A DNA stretch of 64,000 nt from an uncultured Pseudomonadota bacterium (GTDB taxonomy: Bacteria; Pseudomonadota; Gammaproteobacteria; Burkholderiales; SG8-39). Under the pieces are notes generated by a model that did no database searches, was not told where the DNA came from, and saw only the letters and a program-made list of their open reading frames with translations. Location of the stretch: assembly GCA_903921325.1 (NCBI GenBank), contig CAIXPL010000030.1, forward strand, positions 10,032 through 74,031. The letters are read 5' to 3'. A program made the position numbers and the translations under genes. Shown here one piece after another: positions 52,536 through 61,874 of the stretch (within the stretch, counting starts at the first letter, position 1; each line of letters begins with the position of its first letter).

Positions 52536-53594
52536 ATGGGGAAGCCATTACCAATTGCCGCCAAGCTCGTCGCAACCGTTAATACGGGCGTGACACCCGC
52601 GGCCCTCGCACTGACACCCGATGGTCGATTCGCCTATGTCGCCAATAACAACAACTATGGCATGACTGGCGAGGACAGCGTAACGGTCGTCGATCTGACG
52701 AATTTCACTGTTCTCACAACCATCAACAACACGAGTTTCAACCAGCCGTACACGATAACAATCGACAAGCAAGGGCAGTTCGCCTACGCGACCAATAGCA
52801 ATTTTCAAAACGTCACGGTAATTGACGTTGCAACAAACGATGTCATCGAGGTCATTGCCGGGTTTGATGGCCCCTCTGGATTTGCTATCAGTGCCGATGG
52901 TGGCACAGCTTACGTAAATAACTATGGTGCTCCTGGTGGCGCGCAAAGCGGGAATGGCCAAACCGTGAGCGTAGTGAACTTGAACAGCAGGCTCGTCACC
53001 GGCAAAATTAGTGTCGGTCTAGCCCCCGCTGCCCTGACCATGAGCCCTGATGGCAAGTATTGCTACGTCATCAACTATGGCAAAGGCATTTTCAATGACG
53101 GATCGATCAGTGTCATCGATACGGCCACCAATACAGTGGCGCGCACAATTGCGGGCATCGGACTGTTCGGTCCGTTTGGCATCGCGGTGCTCAACGATGG
53201 TGGCGCCAATATCGGCTATATCACCAATTTCGGCAGCAATAATTTTGTGCCGGTAGGCAGGCATGTGCTGGCGGTCAATCTGGATAGTGGACAAGTCTTG
53301 TCAACTATCCCTGTTGGCATACAACCGTCTGGTGTGGCGATTTCTGCGGATGGCGCTTTTGCCTGCGTGACGAACTACAACACCCTGTACTCCGACATCA
53401 CCAACTTCACCGGGCTGACGGCGGGGCAGGGCACGGTAAACATTATCGATTTGTCGACCAATCGCCTGTTGCCTCTGACCATTCCCGTCGGTCAGTCGCC
53501 CAGTGCCATCGCGTTATCGGTCGATGCCCGACATGCCTATGTCACCAACTACAGTTCAAATACCTTGTCGGTGATTGAACTGACGTTCGCCTAG
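52536..53594 (+). CDS. YVTN-family (YncE-like) beta-propeller repeat protein
   Basis: At least seven repeats of the pattern P.G.A.S.DG..AYV.N......VSVID..TN.V...I (e.g. LTPDGRFAYVANN, IDKQGQFAYATNS, ISADGGTAYVNNY, MSPDGKYCYVINY, ISADGAFACVTNY, LSVDARHAYVTNY). ATG 52536 has GGAGAG 8 nt upstream; alternatives are 52530 and 52491. No recognisable signal peptide. Lower GC. Confidence 0.82.
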   Translation: MGKPLPIAAKLVATVNTGVTPAALALTPDGRFAYVANNNNYGMTGEDSVTVVDLTNFTVLTTINNTSFNQPYTITIDKQGQFAYATNSNFQNVTVIDVATNDVIEVIAGFDGPSGFAISADGGTAYVNNYGAPGGAQSGNGQTVSVVNLNSRLVTGKISVGLAPAALTMSPDGKYCYVINYGKGIFNDGSISVIDTATNTVARTIAGIGLFGPFGIAVLNDGGANIGYITNFGSNNFVPVGRHVLAVNLDSGQVLSTIPVGIQPSGVAISADGAFACVTNYNTLYSDITNFTGLTAGQGTVNIIDLSTNRLLPLTIPVGQSPSAIALSVDARHAYVTNYSSNTLSVIELTFA

Positions 53595-53646
53595 GTCTGC
53601 ATCAGTTTCTTCCCGGGCGTCATCACGAGGTCCTCGAAGTCAACCC

Positions 53647-54990
53647 TCATTGATTGCCGCGTGCCGCAACATGCGCCTGCGTATGCAATTCAGTCCAGTT
53701 GGCCCAGGACTGATCGGTGACCTTGTAGGTGTCGTACGTGCGCGCCGGAATTGATTGTTTGCGTCCGGCCAGGTGGACGCCAAGGATGCGTGGCTTGTTC
53801 TGCAAAATTGACACGTCCCGGAGCGGATCACCGTCGATTGCGATGAAATCGGCAAGGCGGCCTTTTTCCAGGACACCGGTGTGACCCGCTTCTGCCATGA
53901 ACCCTGCGGCGAGGCGAGTGGCGCTGTGCAGCGCCTGCGCCGGGGAGAACCCCAGATCACGCACGAATATCTCGATCTCGCGAGCGTGCCACTCGCCATA
54001 GGGAGTGACCGCAAAGCCCGAATCGGTGCCAGTCACCATGGGCACGCCGAACTCGCGCGCCCGGCGCAGATTGACGCACGCGGTGTCGTATTCGCGTCGC
54101 ACGTCATCTATGCGGCCCTTGAGGGCGGCTGGTTCATGCGGTTGGGTGAATTCGATGATGTTGTAAGGGAAGGTGAGGGTCGGGCCGATGGTGCTGCCTG
54201 AGCGCAGCATGGCCTCGATACATTCATCGTCCAGATAGTAGGCGTGAAAAATAAGATCCACTCCACTGCGCGCGGCATACAAGGTGGCCTCGCGCCCACG
54301 CGCATGCACCAGAACTTTGCGGCCCAGGCGATGGATCTCGGTCACGATCGCATTGAGTTCGGCCTGGTCAAAGGCGGCAATCAATTCACCGTTGGGGCGA
54401 CGCTGCACGCCGTCAAGTGCGATCTTGATACAGTCCACCCCGTTCTTTACTTGCACCCGCACTTCCTCGATCGCTTCATCCCGGCTGGTGACGAGGCGTC
54501 CGATACTGGTCTCGGGCACACCGATCCAACTCGGGTACCAATCGGTAAGGCTCTGGCGCGTGGTGAGGTAGCGGCCAGCAGCGGTCACCCGCGGGCCATC
54601 AAACAGATTCCACTGAATGGCGTTACGAACTGCAATGCTGATCTGTCCGGCATCGCCCGGCGCGCACATCGAGGTGACGCCAGCGGAGAGCACCTGCTGC
54701 GCAAAAAAAAGCGCACGGATCGAGCGAAATTCCATCGGGTGGTACAGATCGATGTCTTCTTCGGACTTCGCGTTGCCATAGGCGAGGTGGGTGTGTACAT
54801 CCTGCAGGCCGGGCATCACAAACGCGTGGCTGTAGTCAACCAGCTCGTCGCCCGCGGCTACCGCGGGCGCGCCGGTCGAAGGGCCAACGTAAATTAGACG
54901 TCCGTCGCGGCCAGTCACCATACGCTGATCGCCCAGGGCAAGGTCAGTCAGTCCGGTAAACAATCGACCACAGAGAATATGGGTAGACAT
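53647..54990 (-). CDS. metal-dependent amidohydrolase superfamily protein
   Basis: PGLQDVHTHL (HxH metal motif), internal ..VHA.G.. and C-terminal GTDSG..., GRLADF....DPL blocks typical of Amidohydro_1. Substrate unknown. Confidence 0.75.
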   Translation of the reverse strand: MSTHILCGRLFTGLTDLALGDQRMVTGRDGRLIYVGPSTGAPAVAAGDELVDYSHAFVMPGLQDVHTHLAYGNAKSEEDIDLYHPMEFRSIRALFFAQQVLSAGVTSMCAPGDAGQISIAVRNAIQWNLFDGPRVTAAGRYLTTRQSLTDWYPSWIGVPETSIGRLVTSRDEAIEEVRVQVKNGVDCIKIALDGVQRRPNGELIAAFDQAELNAIVTEIHRLGRKVLVHARGREATLYAARSGVDLIFHAYYLDDECIEAMLRSGSTIGPTLTFPYNIIEFTQPHEPAALKGRIDDVRREYDTACVNLRRAREFGVPMVTGTDSGFAVTPYGEWHAREIEIFVRDLGFSPAQALHSATRLAAGFMAEAGHTGVLEKGRLADFIAIDGDPLRDVSILQNKPRILGVHLAGRKQSIPARTYDTYKVTDQSWANWTELHTQAHVAARGNQ

Positions 54991-55035
54991 GGCAGACTCA
55001 CTCTTGGATAGGAGGCCGATCAGCCCGTGCGGCCC

Positions 55036-56028
55036 CTAGCGGATGAATTGATTGGTGTAGAGCTCAGCCACCGGTACTTCCTTTGGCACGATGCCTTGCG
55101 CGACATAGAAGCTTTGCACAGCGGCCAAGCGCTCCGGGTCGATGGCCCCAGGCATGCCTTGCCCCTGGTAGGTGTACTCGTTGTAACCGCGAAATACTTC
55201 TTCGACAAAGGCTTCACGGCCTTTGAAAGAGGGTGAGCCGGCGATGAAGTCGGCGACCGCGCCTTTGGGATCCTTCATCATGTCGGCCAGTCCGGCGAGG
55301 GTGGCACGTACCAGGCGCTGGATCAGGTCAGGTCGTTTTTGAATCATCTCGTCGGAGGCAATGATCGCCTGCGTGAGTGTCTTGATGTAGTGGTCCGAGG
55401 GCAGTGTCTTTACCCTGGCACCGGCACCGCGCGCGCTAATCGCAAAATCAATCGGGCCAGCGAAGGCAACGGCTTTACCCGTGGCCGGTAGTTGCCATAC
55501 GCCCACCGGACCGGCGGCCTGTACTTCGACATCGTTCTTGGTAAGACCAGCGGTGGCAAGGATGCCGAGCAGCACGTAGTACGAGGTGTCCTGATACGAC
55601 ATCACGGTCATCGTCTTGCCTTTCAGGTCTGCCACCGAGTTGATGCCCTGGCCTTCGACCACATGCAGGTGATGCAGGGCGCGGGCGCCGATTACCGCGA
55701 CGGCCTTTACCGGTATGCCTTGCGCGCGCGCAATGATCGGCGTGTCGCCAATCGCACCACCGATCGGGGCATTGCCCACGCCGACCTGCTTGGCTACGTC
55801 AACGCCGCCCTTGGCGACGATGAAGTTCACCTTCAGGTTCTCCCGTGCGTAATAACCGCGCTGTTGCGCGAGCACCCAGGGACCGAACGCCGGCAATGTG
55901 GGGGGCGCGGGCAGCAGATAGTTAACCTCTTCTGTCGCCTGCGCCATTGCGTTGCCCGACGGCAACGCGAAGCTGAAGGTACACAGAAGGCTGGCGGCCA
56001 GGTGACCGATTCTCGATGCCATGATCAA
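55036..56028 (-). CDS. NMT1/THI5-like periplasmic substrate-binding protein (orphan; no cognate permease or ATPase adjacent)
   Basis: Signal peptide ..ALPSGNAMAQA, NMT1-type similarity, and resemblance to the SBP at 16064-17068. Confidence 0.7.
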   Translation of the reverse strand: MIMASRIGHLAASLLCTFSFALPSGNAMAQATEEVNYLLPAPPTLPAFGPWVLAQQRGYYARENLKVNFIVAKGGVDVAKQVGVGNAPIGGAIGDTPIIARAQGIPVKAVAVIGARALHHLHVVEGQGINSVADLKGKTMTVMSYQDTSYYVLLGILATAGLTKNDVEVQAAGPVGVWQLPATGKAVAFAGPIDFAISARGAGARVKTLPSDHYIKTLTQAIIASDEMIQKRPDLIQRLVRATLAGLADMMKDPKGAVADFIAGSPSFKGREAFVEEVFRGYNEYTYQGQGMPGAIDPERLAAVQSFYVAQGIVPKEVPVAELYTNQFIR

Positions 56029-56047
56029 CGCCCTGAGAAGTGAGAGG

Positions 56048-57139
56048 TTATGGAAGCGGAACTGTGTGCGGATTCATATGCCTGGCGACCGTTGCGTGCA
56101 GGCTCAGCCAGTCGTTGATCGTATCAGGTGCCCGGCGGCCCAGACCACATTCGCACGCGATGCCAAATTGAGGGGCAAACCGCGACGCTGCCTCGACGCG
56201 TCGCAGCGCGCCGGGCAGGCCATCGTCCAGGTGCAGGAGGCCCAGATAGAGCATGGTTTGCGCAGGCAGGTTGAGCCTGGCCAGAGGGGCGAAGTACTCA
56301 GGGTCATTGCGACTTTGTGGCACTGGCAGATGCACATAGTCCAAGGCTCGGGGCAGCGCGCGTGCCAAGCCATTGGTGAGCCCGACCAGATTGGCCGTAT
56401 CGGCCGGTTCCTTCCAGTGCCGGTTGTTCATGCTGCCATAGCAAAGGTGTACTCCGAGTTCCACCGACCCCGGTACTGCAGACAAAAGACGCAGGACACT
56501 GTCGATCACGCCCCTTTCGACATTCTCATAGGGCGACGGATAGACCCCCTCCCACCAGCTCATTTCGGTCGCGACGTCCCATTGCACGGTCAGTTCATCG
56601 TGCGGGATGGCCGCGCATATCTGCGCCAGTTCGTGCAACAGGGCCTGCTCATAGCGGCCGTGGACTGCGAGCTGCCAACGATAGGAGATAAAGGAGTACA
56701 CCGGTGCCCACGCGGTTGGCAGCGCGACCTGGAGGCGCTGGTGCTGGCCAATCTCGCCGCGTGCCTTGAGTGATTTGAATACCGCATAGGAAGCAATGGC
56801 TTCACGGGCAAACCCGAGCGGTCCGAACACGACATCGGTGATCGCTCGATCAGGGCGCAGCGTGAACGGCGGAAACAGTTGGTAGGCACGCTCTTTGTGC
56901 GCAGAGGCTTGCAATGCACCCAGGCTCGCAAATACCGAGCGCTGCCAGGCAATCCAGTTGCTGCGCGCACCCGTTTCGCCATCAGGCAGGCGCAGGGCGG
57001 CGGCGCCCAGCAGGCGCGACGCGGCAGAAAAAACCGCCTGAGCGTTGGCGAGCGGCACGCTACCGAGCAGCAAGACGGGCACACGGTTATGCACCGTGCC
57101 AGTGCCGGTTGCTTCGGCTTGCTGTGCGAACGTCTTCAT
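56048..57139 (-). CDS. MetE-C-terminal-like (cobalamin-independent methionine synthase II / UROD-fold) family protein, function unknown
   Basis: PVLLLGSVP (compare VGS.PRP), HLCYGS (H-x-C) and CECGLG (Cys near the C-terminus) resemble the Zn ligand pattern of MetE-like proteins. By-eye motif call only. ATG 57139 with a GAAGG SD; the track ORF starts at GTG 57175. Confidence 0.45.
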   Translation of the reverse strand: MKTFAQQAEATGTGTVHNRVPVLLLGSVPLANAQAVFSAASRLLGAAALRLPDGETGARSNWIAWQRSVFASLGALQASAHKERAYQLFPPFTLRPDRAITDVVFGPLGFAREAIASYAVFKSLKARGEIGQHQRLQVALPTAWAPVYSFISYRWQLAVHGRYEQALLHELAQICAAIPHDELTVQWDVATEMSWWEGVYPSPYENVERGVIDSVLRLLSAVPGSVELGVHLCYGSMNNRHWKEPADTANLVGLTNGLARALPRALDYVHLPVPQSRNDPEYFAPLARLNLPAQTMLYLGLLHLDDGLPGALRRVEAASRFAPQFGIACECGLGRRAPDTINDWLSLHATVARHMNPHTVPLP

Positions 57140-57198
57140 GTCGCCTTCATGTCTGTGACTTGCACATTCAGCCACAAATAGTACTGTGTCATCAAAGG

Positions 57199-58248
57199 CT
57201 ATTGCCGGCTTTCCGCCATTTTGATCAACTGCGAGATCGAGCGATCAATCGCGATCTCGGGTTCAACCGGGGCCATCCAGGTCATCGCGTTGGCCGCGGC
57301 GAGGCTCGCCAATTCGTTCGCGGCGAGCAATGCGGCAATTACCTCATCGAGCTCACGGACCAGGTGCTCGTTGCTGGCCAATGCAATGAATCCGATATTG
57401 AATGCGGCCGGGTGGCGGTAGGGAGTGAGCGTGATGTGATTGTGCGGATGCTTCACGCGCCAGGCATCCAGGCTGTGCACGTCGGTCAATGTCGCGGCAA
57501 AGCGGCCGGCTTCCAGGCCATCGAGGGGATCAACAATGCTTTGCAGTGACACCGAATCCTTGAGGTAAATCCCATTGTGGTACCCGCGCAGGATCGTTCC
57601 ACCCATCGAACCTGCGACGGTGCCCAGTTTCATACCTGACAAGTCAGCCAGACTGCCAACCGTACGTCCGGCCGCAGCCGGACCTACGATGAGCGCAAGT
57701 TGTGCCGAGTGGTAGGCGCGACTCGGAATGGTCGTACCGAGGGTTATCCAAGGGCGCTGGCGCAGCGGTTTGGCACCCCGATATCCTGGCGTGCGCGCCA
57801 CCGCTGCCCACGGCTTGCCCAGAGCGGGGGCGTACAAGGTGTAGCCGGCAACCAGATCGCACAACCCTGCGGACAGCAACGCATTGACCCCGAGCGTGCC
57901 GTCGGATTCTCGATCGTAGTCGTTGTCATACCAGAACAGGGAAAGATCACGTTTGAGTGCAGCGGCGAGTCGGTGCGCTACCGCGACGTCGAATCCCTGC
58001 TCGGCGCCGTTCTCGCGCCATGAATAAGGCGGCGTGTCGTCGGGGATGCAGACGCGCAGCGCATCAGCCACAGCCGGTCCGGCGTGCAGCGCCGACACCG
58101 CGAGCAGCAGGCCTAGCGCCGCCTGCCGTGCCCACTGCAGACGCACTATCGCAGCTGTCAGGGGCAGGGTGCTGGCCAGACCACAGGTCGTGACCAGCAC
58201 CGTGATGCGTCTCATGGCGCCCGCCGTGCCGCGCCAGAAACGGGTCAT
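57199..58248 (-). CDS. MxaJ/XoxJ-like periplasmic binding protein associated with quinoprotein dehydrogenases (SBP_bac_3 fold)
   Basis: LRVCIPDDTPPYS....G...GFDVAVA..LA..L, followed by an SBP family-3-like body. ATGA overlap with the stop of the PQQ dehydrogenase. About 60-aa N-terminal region with two hydrophobic segments; the true start and signal peptide are uncertain. Confidence 0.65.
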   Translation of the reverse strand: MTRFWRGTAGAMRRITVLVTTCGLASTLPLTAAIVRLQWARQAALGLLLAVSALHAGPAVADALRVCIPDDTPPYSWRENGAEQGFDVAVAHRLAAALKRDLSLFWYDNDYDRESDGTLGVNALLSAGLCDLVAGYTLYAPALGKPWAAVARTPGYRGAKPLRQRPWITLGTTIPSRAYHSAQLALIVGPAAAGRTVGSLADLSGMKLGTVAGSMGGTILRGYHNGIYLKDSVSLQSIVDPLDGLEAGRFAATLTDVHSLDAWRVKHPHNHITLTPYRHPAAFNIGFIALASNEHLVRELDEVIAALLAANELASLAAANAMTWMAPVEPEIAIDRSISQLIKMAESRQ

Positions 58249-59909
58249 TGCAGAGCGAATGTCCAGAGCGCGCCACCGGCCGGTACATTGGCCAGGCGCT
58301 CGTCACCGATTCGCAGCGAATAGACACCACCGATGCCGCTTGCCACGGTGACGTATTGCTTGCCGTCCTTTTCCCAGGTAATCGGCTGACCGACTACGCC
58401 TGAGCCGGTCTGGAATTGCCACAGCTTCTTGCCGGTGGTTGCGTCATAGGCGAGGAACTCACCGGTTTGCGCGCCGGTAAACATCACATTGCCAGCGGTG
58501 ACCATCGTGCCAGACCAGTTGGGGATCTTGAAATCATGGGCCCAATGCACCTTGCCGCTGACTGGATCGATCGCTTTCAGGGTGCCGCGGTTCTCCGGGA
58601 AATTCCATTTCGGTGTAATGCCTACAAAGCGTTGCCCGCGTTTGTACTCGACTTTGATCGGCGAATAGCTCCAGGCCGAATTGAGGGTGTTGATGTAGAG
58701 CAACTTGGTGATCGGGCTATAGGACATCGGGAACCAGTTCTTGCCGCCAATTGCCCCCGGGCTTACTTCCCAACCGGGCAACCCGGCGCGGAGCTTTTTG
58801 GTTTCAGCCGATTCGATCGGGCGACCGGTCTTCATGTCCACGCCATCGGCCCAGGTGACATTGACAAAGGGCTTGGCCGAGAGCAATTCGCCATTGGTAC
58901 GGTCGATCACGTAGAGAAAGCCATTGCGATCGGCGTGCATCAACACCTTGCGCATCTTGCCATCGACCATGTGATCGGCCAGCACCATTTCATTGATGCC
59001 ATCGTAATCAAACGGGTCGTTCGGGGTGAACTGGTAAGTCCAGATCCGCTCGCCAGTCTTGGGCCGGATTGCCACCACGCTGTCGGTGAACAGGTTGTCG
59101 CCGGGGCGGCTGGTTGGATCCCATGGTGCCGGGTTACCGGTGCCCCAGAAAATCAGATCGAGATCAGGATCGTAAGACCCGGTCACCCAGCCAGAACCGC
59201 CGCCGTGCGAGGCCGTGTCAGCGGGCCAGGTGTCGCCACCGGGCTCGCCCGGCAGCGCCGTGTTGTAATGCCGCCAGAGCGATTTGCCGGTGGTCAGATC
59301 AAAGCCTTCGATCATGCCGCGGATGCCATATTCGGCACCGGAGGTGGATACCAGCACCACACCGTTGGCCACCTGCGGGGCGCCGGTGTATGAAAAGCCA
59401 TCGGTGTAATCGACCGACTTGGTTTTCCAGACTTCTTTTCCGGTTTTCAGATCGAGCGCTTGCACCTGACCATCGAGGGTTGCACGCACAAATTTGCCAT
59501 CGGCAATGGCACCGCCACGATTCACGATGCCGCAGCACACCACGCGCAGCACATCATTTTCAAACTCAAGGTCATTTTTCCAGACCTGTTTGCCGCTGAT
59601 CGCGTCGATGGCGAACGTCTGGCGTGATGTGGTCATGTAAATGATGCCGTCACGCACCGTGGCCTGCGCTTCATCGCCGGTCACATTATTGGTGCTGAAC
59701 GCCCACAGCGGGGCCAGTCGCTTGATGGTGCCGGGGTTGATCTGCTTGAGCGGGCTGAAGCGCTGCTGGTTGTAGCCCATCCCATTGGTGAGCACATCGC
59801 CTGGCGTCTTATGATCGTTGTTCAGTTCCTGCGCGGTCTGACCAAAGGCAAGTGCGGCACTGAGCATACCGGCACCAATCAGCGCGCATCGTGCGAACGT
59901 TCGCATCAT
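58245..59909 (-). CDS. PQQ-dependent alcohol/methanol dehydrogenase family quinoprotein (type I, 8-bladed propeller), with lanthanide-type D-x-D motif
   Basis: Signal peptide MMRTFARCALIGAGMLSAALAFGQ. Vicinal Cys pair VVCCGIVNRG, GAEYGIRG, WGTGNPAPWDP, FDYDGINEMVLAD (catalytic Asp plus Asp two residues later), and repeated W-motifs. ATG 59909 with a GGAGATGGAG SD; the track ORF starts at 59948. Confidence 0.88.
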   Translation of the reverse strand: MMRTFARCALIGAGMLSAALAFGQTAQELNNDHKTPGDVLTNGMGYNQQRFSPLKQINPGTIKRLAPLWAFSTNNVTGDEAQATVRDGIIYMTTSRQTFAIDAISGKQVWKNDLEFENDVLRVVCCGIVNRGGAIADGKFVRATLDGQVQALDLKTGKEVWKTKSVDYTDGFSYTGAPQVANGVVLVSTSGAEYGIRGMIEGFDLTTGKSLWRHYNTALPGEPGGDTWPADTASHGGGSGWVTGSYDPDLDLIFWGTGNPAPWDPTSRPGDNLFTDSVVAIRPKTGERIWTYQFTPNDPFDYDGINEMVLADHMVDGKMRKVLMHADRNGFLYVIDRTNGELLSAKPFVNVTWADGVDMKTGRPIESAETKKLRAGLPGWEVSPGAIGGKNWFPMSYSPITKLLYINTLNSAWSYSPIKVEYKRGQRFVGITPKWNFPENRGTLKAIDPVSGKVHWAHDFKIPNWSGTMVTAGNVMFTGAQTGEFLAYDATTGKKLWQFQTGSGVVGQPITWEKDGKQYVTVASGIGGVYSLRIGDERLANVPAGGALWTFALQ

Positions 59910-60113
59910 GTCTCCATCTCCCTTTATGTTTTTGTTGCCTACAGCCACCGATTCCGGGTGCTGCGCGACCCTCTACGATAGGCGTGCTGGTGCGTCAATG
60001 CAAATCGCCTCACTACCTTTGCACCCGATCGCAGGTGCGCAGACCGTCGCTCGGCGCAATGCTGGCTGTAGCCACTTTCCGCGCAGTCCGTGCCGCCCTC
60101 GATTGCCCCGGTG

Positions 60114-61250
60114 TCAGCGCAGTCCGGCCTGTACCAGCAGAGGCAGAGTAGTGTCCTGGAATTCGCGCATGTGCTCTTCATAGCGCGCCCAGGAAAGCAG
60201 CACGCCATCAAAGCCCGCCTCATTGGCCAGCATCGACAGACCATCGACGATTTGCTCGCGCGTGCCAATCAGTGGGAAACCTGCCCAGCCACCGACAAAG
60301 TGCCGCTTGAGCTCCTGTAGCGCACCGGGCGGAAAGGTCATGGCGTTCAGTCCCATGCTCTCGACCAGATTGCTCGCTGCTTCCCAATCGCCATTTTCAT
60401 CAACGTAGTAGCGCACAAAATCCTGCGCTTCGCGCTCGGTCTCGCCCTGGACGATATAGGCATTGGTCCAGACCTGGATCGACCCGCCATGGGCCTCGAA
60501 GGCGGCCTTGCGATAGGCATCGACCTGGGCGCGCACCTGGCTGATGTCGTGCGAATCGACGGCGGTGAAGGCCACATCGGCAAATTGCGCCGCGAACCGG
60601 CGACCGCGCGGTGAGCCCCCCGCGTTCATGATGACCGGGTTGGGCAGCTGGATCGGTTTAGGTTGCAGGTAGCCGCGCCGGATGCGGTAGAAGCGCCCGT
60701 CAAAATCGAATTCCTCCTGCTCGGTCCACAGCCTGCGGATGATGCTGATCCATTCCTCAGCCATCTCGTAGCGGGTGTCGTGTTCGGCCAGATCATTGCC
60801 GAACATCTCGATTTCCGGCTTGTTCCAACCGGTCACCAGATTCAGCACAAAGCGGCCACCGGTGATGTGATCGATGGTTGCGCCCTGTTTGGCAGCCATG
60901 ATCGGATGCACCGTGGGCACATGCGAGGTCGCAAATACGGCCGAGTTCCGGGTCAGCGCGCCGATGCCGGCGGCCCAGGTATAGCTTTCAAATCCGGCGC
61001 CATTGAAGTTGGTCTTGCCACCGAAGCCGCGCCAGCGACCCACCGGTACCAGCGCTTCGAATGACATCTCGTCGGCCAGTTTGGCGAGCGCGAGGGTATT
61101 GGGCCAACTGATACGCAACGTCCCGGGGATGGTTGAGATCGCACAGCCATAGTCAAGATTGGAGCAGAACGTCCCAAGCTTTAACTTGCGGTCATTGAAC
61201 AGCGGGTTGGTGCGCTGGCGATCCTCGCGCATGCGATCTGCCGGGGTCAT
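60114..61250 (-). CDS. LLM-class (luciferase-like) flavin-dependent monooxygenase/oxidoreductase
   Basis: LKLGTF..N, FEALVPV.RW.G, GRFVLNLVTGW. 378 aa. Confidence 0.75.
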   Translation of the reverse strand: MTPADRMREDRQRTNPLFNDRKLKLGTFCSNLDYGCAISTIPGTLRISWPNTLALAKLADEMSFEALVPVGRWRGFGGKTNFNGAGFESYTWAAGIGALTRNSAVFATSHVPTVHPIMAAKQGATIDHITGGRFVLNLVTGWNKPEIEMFGNDLAEHDTRYEMAEEWISIIRRLWTEQEEFDFDGRFYRIRRGYLQPKPIQLPNPVIMNAGGSPRGRRFAAQFADVAFTAVDSHDISQVRAQVDAYRKAAFEAHGGSIQVWTNAYIVQGETEREAQDFVRYYVDENGDWEAASNLVESMGLNAMTFPPGALQELKRHFVGGWAGFPLIGTREQIVDGLSMLANEAGFDGVLLSWARYEEHMREFQDTTLPLLVQAGLR

Positions 61251-61274
61251 TCTCGTCTCCTCGTTCTGCGCCGG

Positions 61275-61805
61275 TCAGGCCGGTGGGATCGGCACCTGGT
61301 GGACTTTCATGCCAAGAGCCACCGACGTGTAGTAGCCCAGCAACACCAGTACTTCGGCAATTCCAGCCCGTCCGATGGCAGCCTCGATCGCGCCATAGTG
61401 TTCATCTGAGAGCTTGGCGCCATTTACCAGGGCACGCGCGAAGTCGCACACACCGCGTTCGTGAGGGTCGCTCAATTCGGGAGCTTGCCCGGCGACCAAT
61501 GCGCTGATCACCGATTCAGGCACACCGACCCGGCGTCCTTCGCGCACATGGGCAGTCTGGACATAGGCAGCATCCCAGTGGGTCGCAATGATGATGATGC
61601 CCATCTCGACTTCACGCGGGGTGAGCACGCCCTTCTTGTTCAGATGTGTGCCGATATGTTCCATACCGGCGGCCACCACCGGGGAGTGGATCCAGATCTT
61701 GTAGGGGCCCAGGATGCGGCCGCGGCCTTGTACCAGGTTGTCAAAAACCGTCTTCTGCTGTTCGCTCAACTGTTCTGGTGGGACATCGATGAGGCGGTTC
61801 ATCAT
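61275..61805 (-). CDS. carboxymuconolactone decarboxylase (AhpD-like) family protein
   Basis: 176 aa; L...Q..VFD.......G...GPY..W.HSP......., REVE..I...A..W.A.Y....H. CMD-family pattern by eye. Confidence 0.6.
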   Translation of the reverse strand: MMNRLIDVPPEQLSEQQKTVFDNLVQGRGRILGPYKIWIHSPVVAAGMEHIGTHLNKKGVLTPREVEMGIIIIATHWDAAYVQTAHVREGRRVGVPESVISALVAGQAPELSDPHERGVCDFARALVNGAKLSDEHYGAIEAAIGRAGIAEVLVLLGYYTSVALGMKVHQVPIPPA

Positions 61806-61874
61806 GCGCGGGGCTCCTGGCGGGGGTAGGCGATTGCGGTCTGCAGCCGGCCATGATAGCGCGTGCTGACGCCC

